DNA of 64,000 nucleotides from positions 10,063 through 74,062 of the forward strand of contig JALWQW010000003.1 in assembly GCA_026982895.1 (NCBI GenBank), given 5' to 3'. A model generated the notes under the pieces. It saw nothing but the letters and a program-made list of their open reading frames with translations, had not been told where the DNA came from and did not search any database. Shown here piece after piece: positions 1-8,588 of this stretch. The translations under genes and the position numbers were made by a program. Position 1 is the stretch's first letter; the number at the start of each line of letters is the position of its first letter. The stretch comes from Candidatus Micrarchaeota archaeon (GTDB taxonomy: Archaea > Micrarchaeota > Micrarchaeia > Anstonellales > J096).

Positions 1-1
1 A

Positions 2-1063
2 ATTCCTTCACAAGAGGCTGTTGGGAGAGGCTCGTTTGCCCATTTTATGAGGAAAGAAATTGAAGAGCAGAAGTATTTCTATAAACGAGCAATGGCAGTT
101 GATTTGACAGACGTTAGGAACGCTATAAATGAGGCGAAGGCGGTATTCTTCGTTGCTGCTGGCACGAGTTACAATGCTGCCAAGTTTTTACAGCACCACA
201 TGTACAAAGAAAACTTCAAAAGGAACGTGTGGAAGCCTTTAATACTTAAATATGGTCATGAGTTTTATCCCGGCGATTGGGCTAATCTGGAGAAGAGTGT
301 ATTTATAACATTAAGCCAAAGTGGCGAAACTCTTGACATAATTAAACCCCTGAAGGAAGTAAAAGGCAAGGTAAAAATTATAAGCGTCGTCAATAGATTG
401 GCTTCTACATTGGCTGAGCTCTCAGATATCGTCGTGCCCATTGGTGTGGAAGTTGAAGTAGGTGTGGCAGCCACTAAGAGTTATCTTAATCAATTAATCC
501 TCGCATATAGGATAGCCGGTATAGATTTAGACGAGGCTGCTTTGGAGGAATCTATTCTAGAAGGTCTTGGTAAAGAGGCTGAAGCTATAAACACAGCTCA
601 GTCGTTGCCTTCACAAAAGCACATCTTTGTCTTGGGCAAGGGTGAATTGAAATACATAGCCTCTGAAATAAAGTTGAAGATGCAGGAATTAACTTATCTC
701 AGCTTGGAGAGCCTTGCCTCTGGCGAATTGAAGCATGGGCCATTGGCTACTATTGAGAGTGGAAGTAAGGTTATTGCGTTAATCCCTCGTGGTGAGAAGG
801 GAAAGGATAGTTTAGGTGAGGTCGTTAAAGCTTTGGCAAGAGGTGCTGATGTTATTGCTCTGACACCTATCGAGCTTGAGGATGAAGCCAAGAATATAAT
901 GAAAAAATATCCTAAAAACCTGCGAATTGTTTTATTCTCATCGAAGTATCTCCCAATAAGCTATGCAGTCTTTGGGCAGCTCTTAGCTTATCATACTGCG
1001 CTTAAACTGGGAAGAAATCCCGACAAGCCCCGCAACTTAGCAAAGAGCGTGACCGTTCGTTAA
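2..1063 (+). CDS. glmS: Glutamine--fructose-6-phosphate aminotransferase, C-terminal isomerase (2x SIS) domain. The ORF runs off the 5' end of the window, so the N-terminal glutaminase domain presumably lies upstream.
   Basis: There is no stop codon in frame between position 2 and the internal Met at 47. The motifs 'FAHFMRKEIEEQ', 'AAGTSYNAA', 'SQSGETLD' and the C-terminal 'PRNLAKSVTVR' match the GlmS isomerase domain and its conserved C-terminus. Confidence 0.8.
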   Translation: MPSQEAVGRGSFAHFMRKEIEEQKYFYKRAMAVDLTDVRNAINEAKAVFFVAAGTSYNAAKFLQHHMYKENFKRNVWKPLILKYGHEFYPGDWANLEKSVFITLSQSGETLDIIKPLKEVKGKVKIISVVNRLASTLAELSDIVVPIGVEVEVGVAATKSYLNQLILAYRIAGIDLDEAALEESILEGLGKEAEAINTAQSLPSQKHIFVLGKGELKYIASEIKLKMQELTYLSLESLASGELKHGPLATIESGSKVIALIPRGEKGKDSLGEVVKALARGADVIALTPIELEDEAKNIMKKYPKNLRIVLFSSKYLPISYAVFGQLLAYHTALKLGRNPDKPRNLAKSVTVR

Positions 1064-1087
1064 ATATTTAAACCTTAAGTTCTCATT

Positions 1088-1945
1088 TTGGCTATGGCAA
1101 AAGGACTCTCTTATGTTACACTAGATGATTGGAAGGTTGCGTTCAAGGCTCTTTTCTCTGTAGATATGCTGTTTGTTGCTATTAAAATGGGAGCTGCGTA
1201 TATTATACCTTTTTTGTTGCTATTAGCTATGCTTATACCAAATCTTTCGCTGATTGCAGAGCTAACTTTGGCTCTCTTATCTTTTGCTACATTCATTCTT
1301 GCAGCAGGCATTTCAGATACTATTTTTTACAAAGCAGTCGATAAAAAAATGCAGATTTTAAATGAAGAACCTCCTTTTTGGCAGACTGTTAAAAGGCTAT
1401 CTTTGAATGTGCTTGCGGTAATCCTTTTACTTGGCTTTTTGACATTTATTTTATCCCTTCTCATAGGCTTTTCCTCTGTAGTTGTTAGGTTTGTTTGTGC
1501 CTCTGTGATATTGGTTATTTTATTGTACCCACTCTATCTTTATTATGTTACATCTCTTTTAAATTTCTCTTCTGTTGTTGTTTATGCCAACCCCGATAAA
1601 GGTGTTTTAACCCTGCTCTCAAATGTGGTAAAGTGGCCCTTTGAGAAGGATAAAGTGATACACATGATAAGCCTTGGTTTGGAGATGATACCTCTAGGTT
1701 TTGTTATTGGGTTTATAGCATATGCTCTGTATATGCTGTTCATTTTTGGGTTGATTTTTGGCATCACTACCATTGCTCATTCACCAAATGGCGGAATAAA
1801 TCCCACTACTATGGGTATTGGTGCTATTGTAACAGCTTTCATATTGCTTGCCATAGAAGGTTTTATGATGTTTATTTTCCTAGCTGTATTTAGAACTGTA
1901 AACATCGCAGCCATGAAGAGAAAAGGCATGCTGAAGCTTCAATAG
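1088..1945 (+). CDS. Polytopic integral membrane protein of unknown function
   Basis: 285 aa, dominated by long hydrophobic stretches (at least 6 predicted TM helices). No recognisable catalytic motif. Confidence 0.5.
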   Translation: MAMAKGLSYVTLDDWKVAFKALFSVDMLFVAIKMGAAYIIPFLLLLAMLIPNLSLIAELTLALLSFATFILAAGISDTIFYKAVDKKMQILNEEPPFWQTVKRLSLNVLAVILLLGFLTFILSLLIGFSSVVVRFVCASVILVILLYPLYLYYVTSLLNFSSVVVYANPDKGVLTLLSNVVKWPFEKDKVIHMISLGLEMIPLGFVIGFIAYALYMLFIFGLIFGITTIAHSPNGGINPTTMGIGAIVTAFILLAIEGFMMFIFLAVFRTVNIAAMKRKGMLKLQ

Positions 1946-1976
1946 TATTTTATAGCCTTTTGCTCATAGAGTAGGG

Positions 1977-2954
1977 ATGCGAGCAATGGAGCGGTTGGAA
2001 TGTTTATACATCATGCGCGAATTGGAGAAAGGGCTTGGACAGAGATTTAGAAAGGCTTACACTCTAAAAGATGGTGCAGTAAAACTGAAGCTGGATAAAT
2101 TTACCTATCTGATTAAAGCAGGCGAGTTTGTTGTGGCTGGCGGGGATGAATTTAACGACTATAAAGACAGTGGATTTACTCAAAAGCTCAGAAAGGAGCT
2201 GAATAGGCGCATTTTGAAGAAGGTTGAGATGGTTAAAGGTGATAGGCTTTTTGCCTTTCATTTCGACGATGCCACTTTATATGTCCAAGTTTTTGGCAAA
2301 GGAGGGCTTTCTCTTTATAGGAGAGATGAAGAATTGCTGAGCTCTGGCCGAAATCTACAAGCAGAAGATAGCACCATTTCGTCTCTCATAGAACATTATC
2401 CTTCGAAACCGCTTGGCGCTGTTCTAGTCAAGGCGATGGGCAAGAAGTATGCAAAAGCCTTTTTGGACAAACACACGGATTTTATCGAAAAGGAGGAGGC
2501 TGGCAAATATGTTGAGAAAGCCGAAGCCATAGAGGCTTTTATAGAGGAGGAGCTCGAATCTGCTCGACCACATGTCATTGAAAAAGATGGAAAGGCAAAA
2601 GATTATTCTCTACTTAACGAAGGCAAAGAAGTCGATGCTTTAAGCACCGCTATTGTCGAAGTTTATAAGGCCGAGAGACAATATGCCGGCGAGAAGCCTG
2701 AGATGGTAAAGAAGCGTAGAGTCATAGAGGTGCAGAAGGAGAAGATGAATGAATATCTGCTAAATGCTGACAAATATAATCAAATTGGTAAGTGGATTTT
2801 CGAGCGTAGCTCTGATATTGGTAGGCTTTTGACAGAAGTGGGGCAAAGAGCTGTTAAAAGGAATGATGAGGTTAAGATAGGGGACACTCTCTATCAAATA
2901 TTAGACATAAATGAAAAAGATAAAAAAGTGAGACTAAAAAAAGCTGAAAATTAA
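1977..2954 (+). CDS. Hypothetical protein (weak resemblance to an NFACT-N-like N-terminal domain). Charged and probably cytosolic.
   Basis: 325-aa ORF with protein-like composition. It is convergent with the ACT gene, with a 4-nt end overlap. Confidence 0.4.
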   Translation: MRAMERLECLYIMRELEKGLGQRFRKAYTLKDGAVKLKLDKFTYLIKAGEFVVAGGDEFNDYKDSGFTQKLRKELNRRILKKVEMVKGDRLFAFHFDDATLYVQVFGKGGLSLYRRDEELLSSGRNLQAEDSTISSLIEHYPSKPLGAVLVKAMGKKYAKAFLDKHTDFIEKEEAGKYVEKAEAIEAFIEEELESARPHVIEKDGKAKDYSLLNEGKEVDALSTAIVEVYKAERQYAGEKPEMVKKRRVIEVQKEKMNEYLLNADKYNQIGKWIFERSSDIGRLLTEVGQRAVKRNDEVKIGDTLYQILDINEKDKKVRLKKAEN

Positions 2955-3358
2955 GCAGTTTCGCTGTTTATGAGGTAGGGCTCGAGTAGTTTTGTGCCCT
3001 TCCTTTTCTTGTCGACTGTCAAAGCCACGACAGTTTCTTTCCCATCCCTGCTTACTACGAAGAGGGAAGTTATATTTACGCCCTCTTTAGCGAGCATCTG
3101 TGTTATCTTTGACAGCTCGCCAGGTTTATCGGGCAATTTAATCATGAGCGTATCCTCTTCCAATATGTTGAAGCCATTCCTTTTCAATATCTCTGTAGCT
3201 TTCTTTGTATCCTTCACAGTCAATACTATAATGGCTTTTCCACCTACTGCTGCAGCTGATATATTCTCTATATTTATCTTTTCTTTACCCATTATGTAGC
3301 TTATATCCATTAGTAAGCCCACTCTGTCATCTTCCACTATTGTTAAGGTTTTTGCCAT
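2951..3358 (-). CDS. Tandem ACT-domain regulatory protein
   Basis: 135 aa. Two repeats of the ACT-like 'hydrophobic-DxPGxL' pattern: 'VEDDRVGLLMDIS' and 'LPDKPGELSKITQMLA'. Confidence 0.6.
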   Translation of the reverse strand: MAKTLTIVEDDRVGLLMDISYIMGKEKINIENISAAAVGGKAIIVLTVKDTKKATEILKRNGFNILEEDTLMIKLPDKPGELSKITQMLAKEGVNITSLFVVSRDGKETVVALTVDKKRKGTKLLEPYLINSETA

Positions 3359-3480
3359 GCTCTCCTATTGTGGGATTAGCTTTTTAAAAGTGCGGGATGT
3401 GCTGTTGATTAAAATAGTAGGTATAGTTGGAATTATGGTGTATCTTCACAGTGCTCAACCAGCTCGCTCAACCTAAATGT

Positions 3481-3491
3481 TTAAAAATATA
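3481..3491 (+). promoter_or_regulatory. Putative archaeal TATA box for the acetyl-CoA synthetase operon
   Basis: 'TTAAAAATATA' lies about 20-28 nt upstream of the ATG at 3509. This fits a leaderless archaeal transcript. Confidence 0.3.
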
Positions 3492-3508
3492 ATAATCAAA
3501 GCTCCTCT

Positions 3509-4108
3509 ATGCTGTTGAAAGAACTCTATTCTTTTGGACTGCCTGTGGCGCCCTATAAAATAGTAAAAGACTTTGATGAAGCCCGTAGCGTTGCTAAGGG
3601 TTTTAAGTATCCTGTCGTTATGAAGCTCGCCTCAGATACGATACACAAGACAGATGTGGGTGGTGTTGTTATTGATATTTATAGTGATGAGATGCTTAAA
3701 ACGACTTGGCAGTATTTTAAGAAGAAATTTGGCGATGAGCCTGTTTTAATTCAAAAGCAGATAAAGAAAGGCATTGAATTGTATATAGGTGTTAAAAAAG
3801 ACCCAAGCTTTGGCAGGATTATCCTATTTGGTTTAGGTGGTGTCTATGTCGAGGTTTTCAAGGACATCTCCGCTAGGATTTGCCCTATAACTGATAAAGA
3901 TGTCGACAGCATGATAAATGATTTGAAGGCAAAGAAGGTGCTGTTGGGTTATAGAGGGAAGAGCATTAACCTGAACCTGCTTAAAAGAGTTTTAGTAGCT
4001 ATATGTGCTTTTGCTGAGAAAAATAAGGTTAAGGAAATGGACATAAATCCCTTTAAGATAGGGCCTAAAGATGGCTACATCCTTGATGCAAGGGTGGTGA
4101 AAGAATGA
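3509..4108 (+). CDS. acdB: ADP-forming acetyl-CoA synthetase, beta (ATP-grasp) subunit
   Basis: ATP-grasp-like 'YPVVMKLASDTIHKTDVGGV'. The stop overlaps the alpha-subunit start (ATGA). Confidence 0.7.
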   Translation: MLLKELYSFGLPVAPYKIVKDFDEARSVAKGFKYPVVMKLASDTIHKTDVGGVVIDIYSDEMLKTTWQYFKKKFGDEPVLIQKQIKKGIELYIGVKKDPSFGRIILFGLGGVYVEVFKDISARICPITDKDVDSMINDLKAKKVLLGYRGKSINLNLLKRVLVAICAFAEKNKVKEMDINPFKIGPKDGYILDARVVKE

Positions 4109-5463
4109 CATTGGCGAAATTTCTAAACCCAAAGAGCATAGCCGTAGTCGGCGTATCGAATAACCCTGCGAAGATAGGTGCTGTTATATATTTAAACCTC
4201 ATAAAAGGCGGTTTTAGCGGCGATGTTTTTGCTGTAAATCCTAATCACAAAGAAGTTTTTGGAAACAAGTGCTATCGCTCTGTCGGCTCTATTCCAAAAG
4301 AAATTGATTTAGTCGTCGTCGCTACACCAGCTCCAACCGTGCCTTCCATTCTGAAAGACGCTAAGAAGAAGGGGGTAAAGCATGCCATAGTTATAAGTGG
4401 CGGTTTCGGCGAATCCGGAAGGACTGATTTAGAGGATGAATTCAAGAAAGTGGCTAAGGACATGCATGTTATAGGGCCTAATTGTCTAGGGGTTTATTCT
4501 GCTAAATCTCGAGTTGATACACTCTTTTTCCCTCATTATAAACTGGAGAGGCCTGCCTATGGTAAAGTTGGTATTATAAGTCAGAGTGGTGGTGTAGGGA
4601 GTTCATTCTTAGCTTTAGCGTCGAGGACTGGGTTGGGTATACACAGCTTCTTTTCATATGGTAATGCTTACAATATGGATGAAAGCGACATAATAAGGGA
4701 ATATGCAAACATAAAGGATGTTGAGGTGATTCTCTCCTATGTAGAAGGTGTCAAGGACGGCAAAAAGTTCCTCTCAGCTCTAGACTATGCTGCTGCTAAA
4801 AAGCCCATAATTGTCCTTAAAGCTGGAAAGGAAGGTAGAGCCAAAAAAGCGGCTCACACGCACACAGGAGCGTTGGCAGGTGATTATATTGCGTATAAGG
4901 CTGCATTCAAAAAAGCAGGAATTCTTGAAGCATATAGCCTGGAAGAAATGTTTGATTTTGCCAAAATATTTTCTCAACCCCTTCCAAAAGGCAATCGCAT
5001 AGGCATAATAACGAATGGAGGTGGTTTCGGCGTTATGGCTACAGATGAGGCAATAAAGCTTGGTTTGGAGGTTCCTCCTCTAACTGAAGCTGAGAAAAAA
5101 GCCGCTAAGAAGAGATTTCCTGCATATGTTACGCCCGCTAATCCTTTTGATGTCGTGGCTGACGCTGATGTTGAGCGTTATAGGGTGGCGTTGGAAACAA
5201 TGCTCAATTCTAAGAGTGTAGATATGGTATTAGTCAATGTCCTCTTCCAGCCTCCGGCTATAAATTCTTCTCTCGTCGAAGAGCTTACGAAATATGTGGG
5301 CAAAAAGCCCATAGCGATAGCTGTGCCTGGTGGGAATGTTGAAGAGGGTTTAAGGAGGATGCTCACTATAAGCGGTCTGCCTGCTTATCCCTATCCTGAA
5401 AGAGGTGTTAGGGCTCTTCACGCGCTTTATACATATTCAAAGATGAAGAATCAAAAGAGTTAG
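4105..5463 (+). CDS. acdA: ADP-forming acetyl-CoA synthetase, alpha (CoA-binding / succinyl-CoA-synthetase-like) subunit
   Basis: N-terminal CoA-binding Rossmann 'KSIAVVGVSNNPAKIG', followed by the 'SQSGGVGS' motif and the phosphohistidine region 'HTHTGALAG'. Confidence 0.75.
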   Translation: MTLAKFLNPKSIAVVGVSNNPAKIGAVIYLNLIKGGFSGDVFAVNPNHKEVFGNKCYRSVGSIPKEIDLVVVATPAPTVPSILKDAKKKGVKHAIVISGGFGESGRTDLEDEFKKVAKDMHVIGPNCLGVYSAKSRVDTLFFPHYKLERPAYGKVGIISQSGGVGSSFLALASRTGLGIHSFFSYGNAYNMDESDIIREYANIKDVEVILSYVEGVKDGKKFLSALDYAAAKKPIIVLKAGKEGRAKKAAHTHTGALAGDYIAYKAAFKKAGILEAYSLEEMFDFAKIFSQPLPKGNRIGIITNGGGFGVMATDEAIKLGLEVPPLTEAEKKAAKKRFPAYVTPANPFDVVADADVERYRVALETMLNSKSVDMVLVNVLFQPPAINSSLVEELTKYVGKKPIAIAVPGGNVEEGLRRMLTISGLPAYPYPERGVRALHALYTYSKMKNQKS

Positions 5464-5497
5464 GAATTGGACTATACCATATTATAACCATCTATGC

Positions 5498-6430
5498 TTA
5501 AACTCTGTAAGCGTCTTCAAAGACTTGTGGCAGTCGTTGTGGTGTCACAAGCCCAGCTTCAGTTATATATGATGTTATGTATTTAGCAGGCGTCATATCA
5601 AAGGCAGGGTTTAACACAGAAACACCTTTTGGAGGCTTATTCCATACTTCTTCTGGCGGGCGCTGCTCAATCCTCTCTTGGAAGCCGAATATACTCTGAG
5701 CATCGTACTTAAAGAGCTCCGCTGCCGAGTAGAACGGCACATTATACTCTTTTGCTACAATGGCGAGCGTGCGCGTGCCGATTTTGTTTATAAGGCTTCC
5801 ATCTGCTTGTATCGCATCTGCGCCTACAATGACTATATCGACATCTTCCATAAAAGAAGAGCTTGCTCCATCGACGATTGTTTTAACATTTACACCAGCC
5901 TCTGCCAATTCATTAGCAGTGATATGTCCTTGATAAAGAGGCCTCGTTTCACAGCTAAAAACTTCCTTTACTTTGCCCTTTTCGTGAGCCCTTTTTATCA
6001 GTGCTGTGGCTGTCGATGAATGGCAATAAGTCATTATAATGGCGTTATTTGGTATGACATTGCTTCCCACCTCTGCTAGTGCATTGAAACTCTCCTCCAT
6101 TTTTTTAAGATGTTCATCTATACTACCATCTAAAGCTTTCTTTATCTTCTCTACAGACGGTTGTTGAGCTAAAGTCACAACTCTCTGAAGAAGTTTGGAT
6201 AAAAGCTCTCTTGTCATAGGTTCTGTTGGCCTAGAATTCATCAAGCGAAAGGCTGCCAGACTTATCATCGACAAAAGTTCGTCGGCAGAATTGCCATCAT
6301 ACTCTTTTACGACTTCTTGGATACTTTTGAGCGCTTCTTTTGCTACATTGCGGGCTCCTTGTATTTTTATATTCTTTATGTCGTGGATTGTCTTTTCCAC
6401 GATGGGCGGCAAAGGAGGTTCGGCTACCAT
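5498..6430 (-). CDS. eIF-2B alpha/beta/delta-family protein, probably ribose-1,5-bisphosphate isomerase
   Basis: 310 aa. 'GADAIQADGSLINKIGT...LAIVAKEYNVPFY' is typical of the e2b2 / MtnA-like isomerase family. Confidence 0.7.
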   Translation of the reverse strand: MVAEPPLPPIVEKTIHDIKNIKIQGARNVAKEALKSIQEVVKEYDGNSADELLSMISLAAFRLMNSRPTEPMTRELLSKLLQRVVTLAQQPSVEKIKKALDGSIDEHLKKMEESFNALAEVGSNVIPNNAIIMTYCHSSTATALIKRAHEKGKVKEVFSCETRPLYQGHITANELAEAGVNVKTIVDGASSSFMEDVDIVIVGADAIQADGSLINKIGTRTLAIVAKEYNVPFYSAAELFKYDAQSIFGFQERIEQRPPEEVWNKPPKGVSVLNPAFDMTPAKYITSYITEAGLVTPQRLPQVFEDAYRV

Positions 6431-6511
6431 ATAAGTGATAAGTGAAAGGGGGTTTATAAATCTTTTTAGTGCAGTTATAATTTATTAAAATTTTGGTATA
6501 AAAAACACTAC

Positions 6512-7063
6512 ATGCTCTTAAAAAAGAAGTCCCTTTTGAAGAAATATGAGGAAAAATATGGCAAAAATCTCGTTAGAAAAGCATTCAACAAGTATAAACA
6601 ACTAGACAATGAGCATTTCTTAACAACACTCGTAAGCACATCTATAACTTTAGCACCTTCTTTGGCTACAGCCATAGCTTTGGTAGAGAGGGATTCTCCT
6701 TCTAATTCAGATGTAATGGTTGGGGTTGCTTTTGCTATTTTGGGCAGTAAAATTGCTCTTGATATAAGCCAAGAGTTTGAAAACATCCTCTTTCCAAAGG
6801 AGAAAATAGGCAGGTGGGCGCTTCTTAATAGGCTATTTGGAAGGAAGAGTAACAGCAGATATTTCTTTGAACAGTTAGCCGGTTTCACAGGCATTTGGAG
6901 CGGCTTTTTATTCATATTAACGCAACCCATGCTTGGCAGTTTATTGGCGTTGACTTCTACCACTATGTTTTTGTATTCTATCAAGGCGCGCATCTATGAT
7001 AAGGGTTTAGCGGACTTGAATGAAGATAAAGCCTTTGAGATGTTGAAGGACAATCTTTTATAA
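6512..7063 (+). CDS. Hypothetical protein with a basic N-terminus, a hydrophobic core and an acidic C-terminus
   Basis: 183-aa ORF. It is preferred over the overlapping antisense ORF 6508..6993 because its composition is more protein-like. A TATA-like 'GGTATAAAAAAC' sits just upstream. Confidence 0.4.
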   Translation: MLLKKKSLLKKYEEKYGKNLVRKAFNKYKQLDNEHFLTTLVSTSITLAPSLATAIALVERDSPSNSDVMVGVAFAILGSKIALDISQEFENILFPKEKIGRWALLNRLFGRKSNSRYFFEQLAGFTGIWSGFLFILTQPMLGSLLALTSTTMFLYSIKARIYDKGLADLNEDKAFEMLKDNLL

Positions 7064-7115
7064 AAAGTTTGATAAATAGTTATATTATGTGTTTGTTAGC
7101 ATATATGGTGGTATA

Positions 7116-7655
7116 ATGAATCTCTTGAAAAAGGTGGAATCTAAAAAAGGCAAATCTTTTGTAAAGAAACTCCGTAAGCATTACACCACATTAGAAGAGC
7201 GCGCTTTGCTTGCCTACGCAGCCAAAGGAAGTATTGCAGGCGTAAGCACCTCCACATTGCTTAAACTCTTCATGGATAGAGATATTAATGGAGGAGAGGA
7301 TACTTTCTTAAATATATTAACTAACACAGTGATGGTAATAATATCTTTAGAACTTGCTCATACTGTTGGCGATGAGATGTTTGATGGACCTGAAAATAAG
7401 GTCACATGGCATGTTTTGGGGAAGGTCTTCGAGAAAGATTGGAAAGTGAAACTATGGAAGGCCATGGAGCGAATGGGTTTGTTTGGTTTTGTCATGAGCT
7501 CCTTCCTTCTTAATACAGATATTGTGCAGGCAGCCATTTTCTCTTCTGTCTCTTGGATGAGTTTCTTTTATGGAATGGAGCGACAAGGAGGGTATAATTT
7601 ACCAGATGATGATGTGCTAGAAATCATATCACAAACTGAGCTTGATGATGATTGA
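7116..7655 (+). CDS. Hypothetical protein, a possible distant paralog of the upstream gene
   Basis: The ATG at 7116 is preferred over the GTG at 7089. Like its neighbour, it has an 'MxLLKK' basic start, a central hydrophobic segment and an acidic tail (DDDVLEIISQTELDDD). Confidence 0.4.
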   Translation: MNLLKKVESKKGKSFVKKLRKHYTTLEERALLAYAAKGSIAGVSTSTLLKLFMDRDINGGEDTFLNILTNTVMVIISLELAHTVGDEMFDGPENKVTWHVLGKVFEKDWKVKLWKAMERMGLFGFVMSSFLLNTDIVQAAIFSSVSWMSFFYGMERQGGYNLPDDDVLEIISQTELDDD

Positions 7656-7662
7656 AGAAGCA

Positions 7663-7675
7663 AACTTTTAAATCC
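7663..7675 (+). promoter_or_regulatory. Putative TATA box for tRNA-Thr
   Basis: 'AACTTTTAAATCC' is centred about 28 nt upstream of the first tRNA base. Confidence 0.35.
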
Positions 7676-7696
7676 TTCTTCACTTATCTCTCTTCA

Positions 7697-7768
7697 GCCT
7701 CCGTAGCTCAGCGGCAGAGCGACCGCCTCGTAAGCGGTAGGTCGAGGGTTCAAATCCCTCCGGAGGCT
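7697..7768 (+). tRNA. tRNA-Thr (anticodon CGU)
   Basis: The sequence folds by hand into a cloverleaf. The acceptor stem is GCCTCCG/CGGAGGC. The D-arm is GCTC-AGCGGC-AGAGC. The anticodon stem ACCGC/GCGGT carries the loop CTCGTAA (U33, CGT, A37). The T-arm is GAGGG-TTCAAAT-CCCTC. There is no intron and no encoded CCA. Confidence 0.85.
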
Positions 7769-7810
7769 TCAATACCTATGTTTATAAACTTTTTCACACA
7801 CAAATTAATC

Positions 7811-8539
7811 ATGGTTGCAGCGCGCTCTACTACCTTGTCTAGAGATAGGGTGTTGGATATAAATCCAACCATGAGGGCCTTTTTGGCAAGGAATAAAAGC
7901 GTCGTCGAGAAGAAGCGCTCTTTTTTGTCCAAAAGCCTATTCCACCAGCGCCGCATTTCTAGTTCGAAAAAACAAGAGCCGAATTTGCTTGTAATAACCT
8001 CAACTGACAGCCGCGTTCCTGTCGAGGAGATATTCGCAGCGTATCCTGGCGAGATGTCTGTTATAAGGCAGTTTGGTTTTGTTTTAGGTAGGGAGGGTCT
8101 TGCCTCTGTTTATTATAATCTAACACGCCGACCAATAGATACTGTTCTTGTAATGGGCTTATCTAAATGTTCTGCTTTGGAGTTCATATCTAATTTGTTA
8201 TTGAGCGAACATCCTATCCCCCGTTATTTACATCCCATTGCTGGGGGTATCACATCTTCAATAACGGAGTCTCGCATAAATCATGCTTATAAAGACGACT
8301 CAGATGTGCTCTTAGAGGCTGCCATGAGAAATGCTATTCGAGTAGCGTCAAGCGTTTATGAAGTCCTTACTCACATTCGGCTCAATGAAGGTGCTTTTTT
8401 GAAGGATAGGGATGTAAAAATCTATAATGGAGTATATTTCCCAGAGAGTGGCTATGTTCGCCTTTTTACAAATAACTTGTCCTTCGTTGATGAAAAAGGC
8501 AAGGAAATAGAGATTACTCCTAAGGGCCATATCATCTGA
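7811..8539 (+). CDS. Beta-carbonic-anhydrase-like paralog lacking two zinc ligands (a pseudo-enzyme or an incipient pseudogene)
   Basis: It aligns with the intact downstream CA ('FLARNKSVVE', 'DSRVPVEEIFAAYPGE'). However, 'CSDSR' has become 'STDSR' and 'HTKCG' has become 'LSKCS'. The annotated ORF start at 7652 would overlap the tRNA, so the ATG at 7811 (or 7778) is used. Confidence 0.55.
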   Translation: MVAARSTTLSRDRVLDINPTMRAFLARNKSVVEKKRSFLSKSLFHQRRISSSKKQEPNLLVITSTDSRVPVEEIFAAYPGEMSVIRQFGFVLGREGLASVYYNLTRRPIDTVLVMGLSKCSALEFISNLLLSEHPIPRYLHPIAGGITSSITESRINHAYKDDSDVLLEAAMRNAIRVASSVYEVLTHIRLNEGAFLKDRDVKIYNGVYFPESGYVRLFTNNLSFVDEKGKEIEITPKGHII

Positions 8540-8588
8540 CCTCTTTTTTTATAAACCCTCCGTCGTAATGGATTAGGGAGGTGTTGCT

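Noticed and set aside
5678-6434. Plus-strand ORFs of 113 and 79 aa inside the eIF2B-like gene
   Set aside because: They lie within a well-supported minus-strand CDS and have no motifs. They are probably random ORFs.
6508-6993. 161-aa minus-strand ORF fully overlapping the 6512-7063 plus ORF
   Set aside because: Its composition is less protein-like (runs such as 'KKYLLLLFLPNSLL'). The plus-strand ORF has a TATA-like element upstream. Only one is likely real, and the antisense is treated as spurious.
7652-7810. N-terminal extension of the ORF 7652-8539 ('MKKQTFKSFFTYLSSASVAQRQSDRLVSGRSRVQIPPEAS...')
   Set aside because: This segment is the tRNA-Thr gene (7697-7768) read as protein. The real CDS most likely starts at the ATG at 7811 or 7778.
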